Positions 39,101 through 51,969 of a DNA stretch of 64,000 bases are shown here, piece by piece; position 1 is the stretch's first letter; every line of letters starts with the position of its first letter. The notes under the pieces are model-generated. The model searched no databases. It had not been told where the DNA came from and saw only the letters and a program-made list of their open reading frames with translations. The translations under genes were made by a program, and so were the position numbers. Origin of the DNA: Raillietiella orientalis (Eukaryota); the NCBI GenBank assembly GCA_036172245.1, contig JAYWIR010000031.1:992001-1056000 (forward strand), in the 5' to 3' direction.

Positions 39101-42100
39101 ATTTGTCGAAGGTCCGCGTGAACCCTCGTACATTTACAGCATTTCTGATAAGAGTCGAGGGTTACAAGAATACCTACCGCGATGTCTACCCTCGTCATAT
39201 TAATGGTTCGAGACGTGGGTGCTGAGGTGTATCGAAGCCATTTTGAACCTTCGAAGTGATATCGAATTGTCCTCATCCCTGGAATTCGGGCTCATCCGTG
39301 TGCTTTCATCTCGAGCGAAAACGGCAGAAAACTCTCTCTCATGATGCTGGCTCACGACATCACTTTCTTGGAAAGCGCGCTTCACCTTATCAGGAATCCT
39401 ACTTGCTGCTGCCACATGGATCCCCTCGTCACTCAGCGATTCTCAATCTGTGCGCGGATCCCATCCAGAGTTTCAGCCACTGCGGAAGCAGCGGAGGATG
39501 AGGAAGCTCTGTCAGCGATGTCCTGTTCAAAATAGGTTTCTAATTAGGAGATCAATAGAAATACCCCTAAAATGTCCTCTTTTTAATCCATGTTCGCGTT
39601 CCGCAGATGCAAATGATGCGAACTGAGTTCCTAGGAACCATTCCCAGTAGATAAAAATCATCTGCAAAAATTCAGGATGCCAGCATTCGATTTCGAAGAT
39701 CGTTGGAAGAAGTACCTTGGAAGGAAATAATGTTGCATCTTCCGGCATGAGTGCGTGGTTCTCGTACAGGAAAATTTTTACGAAATGTCCTTCATCATTT
39801 ATTCTATAAGTTTTCTGACATGATAGCACTCTGTTTTCCTTGGATTCCATATAATTAAAGGACAACTGGAATGAACCAACCATATCTTCTTTCTACCGCA
39901 TATCAATGCTGCAGGCGGGGCTCTCAAATTGGTTGTAACAGTATCAGTGTGTGACCATCGAATACTCGATCCCTGCAGGTATTTATATTGAAGTTTCAAG
40001 GAAATCCCAGATCCGAAAACGACTGCTAACTTTTTTTTTTTTTTAACTTGAAAAGAGTTTTTTCAGCTTCCCTTTTTTTTTTTGTCGGCAGTTCCTTTCA
40101 ATTCTCTTCAAGTTCCCCTTCATCCGCATCTCCATTGCATCTCCTGTGGGCGACTTCAAAACTGTACTGTGTCTCTGTTCAAACACATGGCTGAGTTTTG
40201 GAGGCTGCACGTGAGGTTCCCCATTCCATTACTCGTACCCCCTTGTATGGCTCCTCTGCTCTTCAGAGAGTCACTTGGGGAACTGCGCAACTGTATGATG
40301 AATTCCTGAAGAGACTCCCAACATACTCGGAGTTTGCCCTTCCTCTGAAGAATCCTAGGCGCAAGAGCGAGATTCGTTCTTTCATCTAGGATTTCAAAAA
40401 GCATGTTCACACTGTTGGATGTCCTTTGGTTCTGAATCAGGAGCTGGAAACTCGAGTTTCATCCTTCGCTCTTTCCTTCCTGCAAAGTTAGAGGATTTTT
40501 CCTCTCTTCAAGACCGACTGGTTCGCATCTCCCGAGGGGTAGTATGCCCTTTGCATTCATTACTCAATACCGTTGAGGAATTAGAATTCCTAAGAAGCAC
40601 GAGTTCTGCTGCAAACCTAATTCCACTCATCAAATGCCTTGCTGCCTTCTGCTCGGCAACGAGCGAGCAGCCACACGGTACTTTATTTCATTTTTTGGAA
40701 CCATATTTGCTAAATCACGCATAGTCTCAGCTAAAAGTTTTGATTCTGGAACATCTGCCACTCTGCATCAACTAATCACAATCATATCGTATTCAAGTGA
40801 TCTCCGAGAGTGATTGATTAAGATGCTTCATCGATGGATCCCAGTCTTTGAGATGTGTGTATTTTTCGTTCTCCTATTTTCCTTCAAGTATATATCTAAA
40901 GATCACACAGCTCATTCACATATTCTCGATCTGTTTTTGTCGTGAAGATGCTTGCATCATCAACAGAGATGTGGAAAGTTGTAAGACTGTATTTCTTATC
41001 ATGTGTAAAAAAAAAAAAAAAAAAAAAAATATAGAATCAGGAAAGTTGTGTTCCTGAATCGAACGCACGTCCATCTGAGTAAAGACTGCATTTTCTACCA
41101 CCAGACAGGTGGCCGCCAAGCTAAACAGTAAACTAAAGCAGTTCCTACCACATGGTCGTCTCAAAGACCAGGGAGAGGAAATAGACTGAGCTGCTTAATT
41201 CAAGCTAGCTCTATTGTCAGCTGCACCGCATTCGTAGAATGGAGAATCAAGATGGACTAAGATCTCAGGCTGAGCTTCCAGAAGAATTCATGGGTTTGCA
41301 ACATGATTCCCAATTTTCACAGAAAGGTGGATCGATAAGAATGATTTTGATTCACCTGTGAGAAGAGAGGAACCCACAGATGGCAAAAGCCGTCTTGTGT
41401 CTCCGAATCAGATGCTGTTTCCGTAGGGGTCTGCTTGATGCTCGAAACTTACCAGAGATGTAAACACATTCGTCGTGACAAAGATTTCAGATTCCGCGAT
41501 GGTTCAAAAGTGTGGGAACCGTAAAGCGCCGTCATCTTTCGGAGCAGATGTTTGCTGATTTATCCGAAATGAAGAGATGTTCATGGCGCGGGTCAGATAG
41601 AGACTGCTACTCGCTTAAAATGGCAAAATCGAGTGGTCTGCAAGAGACGTGGAATCGACGAACGAAGAGGGAAGCGTGAAAGCGTGATTAATAGAAGAAC
41701 TCTTAGGGCACACAGGAATGGTCTAAGCAGGAGATGAGAACCTACAAACTGGAAAGAGAACCGGGAACTCATTTAGGAAGAAAATCAGTTTCTGGAGAGC
41801 TCTCAAGGAGATTCGAAACCGCCCGATCACGAATGGCATTGTGGTCGTGGGTTTATTAAACCAAGTCACTGTCTGAAAGTTCTTATTCTCTGACTGTATC
41901 ACCCAACTCGCAGAGAAATTTTACAATGACTATTCATGCATTTTCAAATCAACGGTGAAAAAGTTCCTTCTTTAATGTTCAAAAGCTCCTCCAATCAGCA
42001 ATTCTGATTTTATCCCTATTAGTAGATATTTGCATATTTATATTTCCCTCAAGAAAACAAGTTGGACACATCGAACGCTTTTGGCAACAGGTCGTAAACT

Positions 42101-44399
42101 CCATCCATAAGGCGGCGATTCTGCCACAATTAGAATCCAATGAATGCTTAGGATAATCACACACGTCGTCGCCATGTAACTTTCGTGGCTCTTCCAAATG
42201 GTTAGCTCAGATTTTGACTTATGATTCCACGTAGAAAATATGAAAATGAATTTCAGTTTCTCCAGCAGCAGCAATGAAGATGCACTTTATTCGCACTTAT
42301 TTCAATAACGTTGCTGGATTCTCCTTGATCCTGTTGATGCTCTTTCAGGAAGTGGGAAGTCACGAAAAGCGCAGGGGCGAGCGCTCATTTGATACAAGCG
42401 TGAAGCGACTTCGCAAAGAGAAGTGGTTGCCAATGGGAACTGCACAACACGAATGGTTATCATGGACAGACATCTCCGCGGACAAGTTTCGCTGATGGAA
42501 TTCTCCATTGACCCGGCTCTGAACGCTGCTGAGACCATTGGCGGGGAAACCCTTTCTATAACAAGTCGAAAGCAAACACTACCTGTGTCGCATTCCAAGT
42601 GAAAACCCACGAGTCTCGAGTGGTCGTCTGGGAGTCTTACTCATCAATGTGAGGCCGATGTATCTATTTATCTACCTATTTATCGTCTCTCCCTAGTTCC
42701 ATCCACAGCGAGGGTAGCTCCTTTGTTCTCGGGCGGACGCAGTTGGATCCATCCCTAACTGTATAAATTTTATTTATCCGTGTTGAATAAGTGCTCCGGA
42801 AATTCGGGATGGGAAGGTCAGCTGGGAAGTCGGAGCTTACACAGCTGTGGGAGTTCTTTCCCACTGGGCATTTCGTGTTCTCTGGGGAGGCCCTGCTTTG
42901 ACGACCACAGAAGGGGTCAGGCATTCTCCGTTGATTCGCATTTAACCGTGATGACCTGCGTAGGAGCAGGAGAGCAGTAGTCGTGGGTTTGGTAGAACAC
43001 AGTTGACCGGCAGGCGTCGCGGCTCTGGACGAAAGGGTCCGGACGTAGCGGATGGATTCCCATGCAAGTTTGCATTCATCTTGGGAGATGAAACACCTCA
43101 AAAGCTGCGGGCCTCCGTCCGAGGATTGTGACTCCAAGGGAAGGGCCGGGGGGGGGGGGGGATGATTAGAAAGAAAATTAAAATTCTCCACTCGCGAAAG
43201 GGAGAAGTGAAGTCTACGGAACTGTGAAATCGGTCGAAGTTTTTTGGCGCAATGAATTCTTGTAAAGAAGCGCAGCATCCGAATAGCCACTTCCATTCTT
43301 TTGGGGAGACGGAAAGCATGGAAGCAGGAGACTCGTACATAAACTTCAGTTATCAAGTAGGTGATTCCATCAGCAGCAACTTTCCACCGCCCCATCCATC
43401 CATGCAAAAGTTCTACCAAAAACTGTCTTGCATTCTTTTTTTCTTTTTTTAACGTCACACAGCTCCTTCTTTCGCTGTTCATTTTGGCAACCACCGACAG
43501 AGCGCAACTGCGAATCTCAGCTTCTCTCTCTTCTTCCTTTCTCTCTAAGAGGCTATTTTAATTTCACTTCTTGCTGCTTACCCTTGGTAATTTGCAGTGC
43601 ATCATACGCGCATCCGTACACGCTCTTGCGTACCTAAAATTTCGAGTACCTACTGACAGCCACGAAGAACTTATGAAAACCTGCGTCATCAGCTGCTGTT
43701 CTAGGGATGAGAGTGAAGCTTGCTTTCTGCGTCAGGAATTCCGCCATACGTCCGTTCCCCCCCCCCCCCCCGACAGAACTCGTTGGTCCTGGCACGAATA
43801 TTTCGCTGACGGTGCTCTTAGCCCTGGTTTGGGAGCGGCGACTTCTTCGTGCAGTCCAGTGGGTTGCTCAACCGGGCCCGGGTATGCTTGGTACAGGTTG
43901 CATTCTGTGCCCTGTCGAGCGCAGCTGCCCGATGTTCCATCGCCCCTCTCTTTTTGTGGAAGACTGCCAACTCTTCTTTTAGACGGTCATCGAGGACCGC
44001 CTGAGAGCATCTAATTCAGAACGTCGTGAGGAAACTGCTTGAGGAACTTTGTGCATGAACATCTGCCCTCCCTCCAGCCCTCCGTTAGGGGGGAGGAAGG
44101 GATAGAGATGCTGCAAAACAGTACACTGCCGCGCTCAGCAAGCTGCCATCCCACAGTCGGGATCAGCAAACACCTCATGTGAGATGCGCATACGTACGAT
44201 AGCTTTCAAGTATTCAGCTGCATCCGGGTGACTCCTTCTGAGGTACGAGTACGAATATAACATAACGCACCGGTCGTGATCCCAAATGCAGCCACGTGAG
44301 CGCGTCTTACGTCACACAATACACGCTGGCGGCCATTTCCGGCTACGCGGAGAGCGGAAGAGCGATTTTATGTATGAATCGGCTGACGCGAGGAGTGCG

Positions 44400-47300
44400 G
44401 AAAAAATCCTCTCCTGTAGTTCCCGACTCAGCCTGACACCCAGAGATGGAGCACACCGGAGAGAACGGGATTAGAAGCATCTGCTCGTATCCCCCCTCCC
44501 CCTGCCGCCTCTCCCCACGAGCGGGAGCTTCCACAGAATCGCACGCGCGGCAGAGGCCGCTCCTCCGCCCGCGCACTCGCTCGCGCCCCGCGGCTCGCAG
44601 TTCCGAGGGCGAGTCCACGGAAGGACGGGGAAGGTGAGTGGACGCGATCCCGGGCGTCCCTTTGCCTGCTCAGACCAGTCCGCCACCGGCAGCGGAGCGG
44701 AGGTCGGGACTCGGGAGGCCTCGGTGCTCGTGGCAGGATGGAGGTGGGAGAGTGGACTGCAGCCGAAAGACCCCGGCAGAAGGCGCTTCCGCGTACGCGC
44801 GCGCGTCCACTCCCCTTCGCCCACCCCACTGGGGAGGTGGCCAGAATCACCTCGATGCCCTGCAGCCGTTTCCCGGAGGGCATCCGTCTCTGACTCAGCC
44901 TCGTCCGGCTCAGCACCGAAGGTCGACCCCCTTCCTGAGCTCGCGCACCCGGGCGACGGAAGCACCCAGCATCTCTTGGAATTGCGTTTCTCCTCGGAAC
45001 GCCTCAGATCTTTCTCCTTGCAGCATCCTTCGAGGAGATAGCCGGCCGCTCCAGCTAGGCACTGCAGCCGCCTCTCCCTCTCAACGGGTCATCTCCTAGG
45101 ACCTTGAATTCCTTTTGGCACTCGTACGTGCTAGAGGGAGAGGGAGAGAGAGAGATGCAGCCTTCAAAAGAGGGAGAGAGGGATGCAGATGCCGGACCCC
45201 TCTGCTTCTGTGGTTCTCATGAGGCGTCTCGAAGGAGGACGGCGGGGTCGTCTGCTTCGCCTTCGCCCTCAGCAATCCTTCCCCATCCTCCTGCGACTCC
45301 GATATTCCAGCGTCCTCTGCCGCCCTCTGACCAGGGATGCGATCCATCGCAGCGTCCTGCAGGTCCAACCCGAACGCCGCGGTGTCTCAGGATCAGGAAG
45401 GTCCGCTGGAAGCTGCTCCTCTGGACCACGAAACCGACGGCCCTTCTCCCCTCCCGAAGCCAGCAAGGGCCGACAAGCCTCGCCCTCTCGCCTGGCTGCA
45501 AGAGATGAGCGATAGCTTTCCGGGTCAGCGTCTCTGAGGTGCGGTTGCAAGGTCCTCGAAGACGCAGCCTCCAGGCAAGAGAAGTCCCTTCGGGGCGGAA
45601 GGCGTGCCGGCCGCGCCCCAGTGAGTGCGGTTTCCACGGCGACGGACGCTCCTGCGGTGCCTCCGGAAGTTCCAACTGCAAAACCTATGAGGAGGGGCAG
45701 GCAGGTAGACTTTCCTGGTCCCCCTCCCTCTGCTTCTTCACTCCTGATCCACGAGAAGGGAGGATTTGGGGGTGAGAGAGTACCGTTTGGGTGCTTCCCT
45801 GGAGCCAGGGGGAAGGAAGAGAAAACGAGGAAGGGAGCCACCCCGCGAGAGGAGGGACGTCCTCTGGACCTCGGTCCGTAGACGGGGAAGAGAATATGCT
45901 ACGAACGTCCCCGAAAGGCGAGAAGGGGGGGAAGTGGCGGAGTAATTTCGGCTAGGGCAGGGTCCTGGGAAGTGCGCTTCCTCCCGTTTCCCATCTCCCC
46001 GCTCCTTTCCCACCTCTCCGTCTAGGCGGCAAGGGGCGAGGAGTCACCGGACGGAAGGAGGAACGGGAGGAATAGTAACAGACCAGGAGACTTTGCGTCC
46101 CGGCTGCGCGAGTGACAGTGGAGTGTGCCTGGGGTCCCTCGTGTCCAGCGCTTGCGCGCAGACCCTCGGAGTCCCTCCGGGAAGGAATGCAGCGAGTTCC
46201 TTCCGCGGGCTGCTGCTCCTCCTGGGAAGTGAAAGGACAGAGGATGAGAAACCTGGTCCCTGCCCCCCTCGTGATGTCCGCTCAGCCCCCTCGCCTGTCT
46301 TTCACCCGAGCCTCTGGGCTAGTAGACGCCCGCGGTGGCGTCCTCCTCGTCTTCCGTTTTGCTCCCACGTGTGCCACCCTTCCCTGCTTCGGCCGCTTTC
46401 CTCGCTTGCGGCTGCAGTTCCGCCGGAGGCAAGGCGGGTCACCCGGCAGCACGACGTGACCCTCTTCGCCCTCGTGCTTGCACCCTGGGAGGCGGCCGCT
46501 CGGGAACGCTCCCGGGGGAAGTCTCCCTCTGCTCAACTCACGGCATAGGAGCGCCGACTGCGTTTCCGCCGTCTCGCACGGCCGCTCACCCTGCCTGGAT
46601 TCCGGGGCGAGCGGCGGCGGGAATCGAAGGGAATCCCATTCTCAACCGCGCTCCTCCACGGCCCGCCTTCCGGCTTCCTGCGGTCGCGAGAGCTGCGGAC
46701 GGCTACGTGGTTCCCGGGCATTCTGCATGTCGGAGCTGCCTCTCAGAGGCGCCGGTCGTCGCGAGCGACCCGACCCGTGGAGGCGGGGATTCCGAGACGA
46801 GCGCTTACGCGTGCGCCTGACCAGCTGGCCGCCTTTCGGGGGAAACAGGCGCGCTCGGAGGAAGCAGGAACCGCGGCCCGCATTCCAGGCCCCGGGGAAG
46901 CACGCGACCCGAAGGTCGTCGTTTGCGCTCGGGCGCAGAGCCCCCGCCGCCACCAGCCAGCGCGGGGACGGACGCTCCATCGGACCGACAGTCGCGGCGC
47001 CGGCCTCCGCGGTGCCCCTCCAAGTGTGTCCACGAACTCCGGGAGGTGGGGGGAGCAGCCATATCGGTAGCCTTTCGACGGGAATCGCCACAGGAACGAA
47101 GAGCGCCCTGGCAACCAGCGGGCACCTGCCGCCGCTTCACGCGCGAAGGAAGAGGAGGTGTGAGGGTTTCTCCTCACCCCACCCCCATCCCCTCTTCCTC
47201 CTTTCCTGCGTCCAGGTGCGCTGGGAAAGCGCGGGTGCGCACCACCGAGGATCCAGAGAAGTCGGGGCCAGCACGCGAGCGGTTTCTCGTCTCCTGAAAA

Positions 47301-47528
47301 GGCAGGAAGAACGGAGTTCCCGAGCACATTCGAAGGGAGGGGGCGTTCGCCGCTTCCCCTCGCGCGAGCGGATGCCGATGCGGCCGCGAGGGGAAACCGC
47401 CAGCGTCCAGGAAACGGCTGCTGGGCGATTCCAGCCCGCGTCAGTCCCAGGACCCCGCCAGAAGATCGTCTAAATGGAGCATCTCGGCGAGTCTTCCTTA
47501 AAAAATCAGAGGGAGAAAGAAGAGAGCA

Positions 47529-47566
<38 letters not shown>

Positions 47567-49400
47567 GCAGCTTTCGGGTGAGGCAGAATGTTCTGGAGTG
47601 AAAGAGGACCCCGAAAGAAGGTCGATTCCTCCCCGTGCAGTGGCCGAAATGCATCCTAAGCGGGCGGGCGATTGTAAAAGACCAGACGATCGCGGCGAGG
47701 GAAGACGTAAAAGTTCTCGGGGCAGCCGAAGAGCGGACTTTTCTTTCTTTCTTTCTTGAGGCGAGAGAGGAGGCGGCCGGACAGGCCTGTGTGAGCCCGG
47801 GAGCCCGTCTCGGGAGGGAGACGAAAGTGGCCGAGGTCGGCGGCGTCTCGGGTCAGCCAACGCCGCGGGCCGTGGAGGCCACGGACTTTCGAGGGACGGC
47901 AGCGAAGCCTGCTGGAACGCAGCAGCGGCGTGTCGTGTCAGTTCGGGAGGAGCGCGTGGTTTCCGGCCCGCGGAGGCTCTGAAAGGCCAAAAACCGAGGA
48001 CCTCCCGTGGCGGTAGCACAAAAAAAAAAGGAAGAAGTAGAGGTGACGTGGTCTGCCGCGCAGGTCGGCCCGGTCCCGAATCTTGGCCGACTACATCAGA
48101 GATCCAGGGATCGCTGTTCTTCTTTCGGCATCTTCGAGTCTGGCATTGTCCGAGCATCACGAGGATGGACTTGGATGATGGCATCCTGCGGAGTCAGGGC
48201 TTGACCTGCTTGAACCTCCCCCGTGTGTGGTCCCAAGCGGACACTCCTTCCGCCATCGCCGATCCCGACATTCCATCCGGTGCATCCTTTCCGATTTGGC
48301 TGACGTCTTCCTCCTAGCAGCACCTCCGCTGAGGATTTGTTAGGAACCAACCTGTCCGCGTCTGGAGGATTCATTTCCTCGGGCGATCCAGGACCTTTGA
48401 TGGGAAGGGGAAGAGAGAACGGAGGAAGTGGGAGGAAGGGCACTCCGTACCTCCGAGAATCTCTTCTCGGAGCCAGAATCCCTCTCGAATCTCAGCGTCC
48501 TAGCGAAGGGAGCCAGGAGGGGCTCTTCTCGCTTCCTCTAGGTCGTGTCTCTCTCCTTCCGATTTCGTCCTGTCGCGAGAGCTTTGGTCGAATGCGGGGG
48601 AGGAGGAGGGGGGAGGAGGAAGTCTCGCTTCTTGCTAGAGGAGTCATCTGCGAGTTCATCGTCCCTCTTCCGCGCCTCTCTGGGGAAGCTACGCTGCTCT
48701 CTTCTCCACGAGCGCCCGCGGAGGGCAGCTCGGAGTGGGGACCTATGCACGCCGCTCTGAAGAGATGAATCGGATCGCGAGGATCCTGCAGGTGCTGTAT
48801 CTCTTTCCCGGCTGCCCACCAGGGGTACGGACGTTCGCCTCAGCTTCTACGGCACGCGTTTCACAGCATTCGGGGAAAAGGAGGAATCAATCTCTTTCGC
48901 TCCATGGGAGGAAGGGGGCAATTTTGGAAACTGGGGATGTTGAGGCGTCGGTGGTGCAAACCCACGTGCTCAACACGGGGCCATCGGAAGGTCATCCGTC
49001 AGAATACGGGACACCGCAGCAGCCGCGGTATTGGAGACAGCAAGCGTCGGGAACGGAAGAAACGCCGTGTCTTGCAGGGTTCGTCCGGCCAGCCGGAACT
49101 TCGGTCCGACCTCAACTCCGCGGCGGGAAGTGGTCTCCAAGGACATGGCGCCGCCTCTGGCTCTGGGGAAGCAGCGGCGAAAAAGCCTTCTTGAGAGTGC
49201 ACGCTTCTGGTGCATTTCTTGGTGAGCGAGAAAGGAGGGATCGTGCTGCCGATGCTCCAGTGTCAAGGTCGCTTCGCGCAGCATCCGAAGAAGAACGCGC
49301 CATTTCCCTTCACTCTGGCTTAGGACAGAAGATTAAAAATAACCCGCGAACCGCGTGCACGCCAGGAATCCCGACGCAGTGAGAAAATGTTGCAATCCAA
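44400..49400. other. Large GC/CpG-rich, TpA-depleted island (putative regulatory region, no recognisable coding product)
   Basis: Sampled 60-nt lines give 40/60 and 46/60 G+C (lines 46501 and 46561). I counted 5 TpA dinucleotides in 46501-47460. The overlapping Arg/Pro/Gly/Ala-rich ORFs in all frames show no domain. Confidence 0.7.
47508..47565. repeat. Imperfect (GA)n microsatellite
   Basis: Direct observation. Confidence 0.9.
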
Positions 49401-51900
49401 TTCGATTCGATCGCATCATACTGTTGACCCAGCATGGATGACAGGCAGCTCGTGGCTGTGGAAGATCGGAATCGGTGCCTGGGAGACTTCGATTGGGTCT
49501 CGTCTTCCGGGTGGAAGGGTGCAGAGCGGCAAATATGGCGCAACAGCCGCGGGATGACTTCACGAGGAAGGAGCTGAGGCGTGAGCCGGGCTGAAAGCGG
49601 AAGCACGAAATCCTGGATCTCTGTACTTCCTGCCGAGGAAGCACAACGCGACGGGTATCTCGGTGACGTCACGAGAAACATATTCTGACGTAAGCTGAGG
49701 CGATAGCTGAAAGTGCAATCGCAATATCCTGGAGCGATGCACTTCCTGCTTCCTGAAAAGAGAAGTTCAAATGTAGTCTTTCGGAAGAGGGAAATTCGAT
49801 GCTGGCATTCGTTCAGTGCCCATTGGAAATCCATTCGGCAAAGGGATTTGACATTTCCGCAAACTGGGACTAAAGGCCGTTCGACAATCAGGGAATCGTG
49901 CTGCCTTCTCACATCAATACGCGCAGCATCTTCAACGCTTTCCCCATCCGCCTACATGTGCCCAAGAACATGTGCTGTCTACTTTCTAATCTTGAACGCA
50001 GGCCTTTTTCCCATCTGAAACGCTTTTAGATGCGCAGGGTTTCGGAAAGGTCTCTAGCAGCCATGTGAGGAATTCAAGAGCGGGAACACTTCCAAAAAGC
50101 TTCTGGAAGAGTCCTGGAAGGAGTGCGTGTTCCAAGATGGTTTCTCCTGGTGCTCACTGAGATGTCATCTACTAGCGGTCCGAAACCAGTGATCCCAGTC
50201 GTGGTGTGCTTGTGATTTCCCACGCATCGGGTCCAGATGAAACTAATCTCTTTGGATTTTCTGACATGCCGTTTAATAATGTCACGAGTTTCTTTGGATA
50301 CTTTTCTCTCGAAGAGGGAATCTGAGGCTTGAAAGATTTTTGCGGGAAAGTTCGATCTCGCCTACTTTTCCTGTGTTTGTTTTCCAGCCGTGGAAGACAC
50401 CTTATCTTGAAAATTGAGGATCGCATTTACGATTCAGCTTGTTCAGTGATTGACTCGGCTTTTTTTCTTTTTTTTTATTTGGCCAAGCATTTTAGAAAGT
50501 GCAGTCAAGGATAATCCATTGGTGACGACTGAATAAGGTGGAAAACCAAAAGTTTGACATGTTGTTTAGCAACCGCGACGGTGATTTTTGTCTGTAGCGT
50601 CCTCCTCAGCAGCATGATTCGTGAGCTCACTATCTGACCTCACGGTTTGAGCCTTCTCTGTGGCAGCGATAGAAGTGGTATTTGAGACGACAACCGTCTT
50701 CTCTCGGCCCGCCGAACTCGGAGACACAAACTTTGTTCCCACACTCGTTCTAAACGAGCAGAAGGAAATACTGGAATGCTGAAGGTTTAGCAAAGCTGTC
50801 AGAAGTACGGGCTTCGACAAAGGAAGAGGTCATGCAAAGGTGTTCATGTGCAACCCGGAACCAACTGAAGGAACATCTTCTGTCTAGCAACCTGAGAATG
50901 TCTTTATGTTGCTGCTTCAATTGTAGGACTTTTAGGTCACGTACAGGTCAAAGCGAAATGTCTGTGAGCGTAATTACAAATGATTTCGGTTGCAGAATCT
51001 GGAGACTGGATTGGATTTTTACATCGTTGTATTTGTATCTGGATGGGAAAGCCATAAACCTCTTTTGACTGAGGAAGCACCACATCGTATCCACAGATTC
51101 TACTGCCCGCACGGATTGGCAGCCTGGCAGAGAACCCGCCAAGAAAACTTTAAAAAAAATGCTTTCGATTTCTGGAAGGGAGGTTTCCGATGAAATCTTC
51201 AGCTCCTTTTCAATGAGAACCCCCAAGCTTTTGATACTGAAAAGGTGGATGCGGTACTTTGATTGGGATGCAATTAATGCAGTGCTGCCAAGTAGTGTGG
51301 ATTTCTTGAAAACTACCTGGTTATTGGTACACACTTGCCGTGAAGTCTCTGGAAGGCCGGATTTTGTCTTTCAGAGTGCAGAAAGCTATTTCAGTTTGCA
51401 GCTTTGCGAACTAAAAGCCTCGGCACGCTGATCGATAAATCAAATGTTCTCTTCTGAGCAGCCATTTGTTTCCTAATATCCGAATGCTGCCTGCAGTAGT
51501 GCTATGCCAGTGACCGAACAGGGTATGCTTTAAGTGAAACAGACCATAACTGAGAAATCCCGCGAGTTTCCGAAATCTGCGTCCAATCTTGTTGTACAAT
51601 TCATCAGGTACCAATCTGGAGGATTTCAACGTTGAGTTGAAATTTAAAGTGGTGCAATTTAAGAGCACCGGACCGAAATCGAACCAAGAGGCATTTTCTG
51701 GTTGTTTCCTCTCTCGGGACCGTGTTCTGATTCAGCAATTACTGTGTGTCAAGATTGCCAGTTACGAAGCTGAGAGCAAAAGGAACTTTTGCATTCCTAA
51801 ACGGGTAGCACATTTGTAACGGTAGCAAAAGCTCCAAGAAAAATACTTTTGAAATTATCAATCTCACGTGATAATTATCGTTGATGATTATCGGACTCTA

Positions 51901-51969
51901 GGGAGGATGGAGAATGGAGATTGGAGAGAGAATGGAGGATGGATAGGAGACATGGATAGGAGAATGGAG
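51901..51969. repeat. Degenerate tandem repeat of about 7 bp (GGAGAAT-like)
   Basis: ggaggat ggagaat ggagatt ggagagagaat ggaggat ggat aggagacat ggat aggagaat ggag. Confidence 0.75.

Noticed and set aside
42676..43494. 272-aa minus-strand ORF
   Set aside because: It crosses homopolymer runs (poly-Pro, poly-Lys), and I see no family resemblance or convincing splice context.
46478..48184. Overlapping 228-331 aa ORFs on both strands
   Set aside because: Most frames are open because TpA is nearly absent. The translations are compositionally biased, with no recognisable motif.
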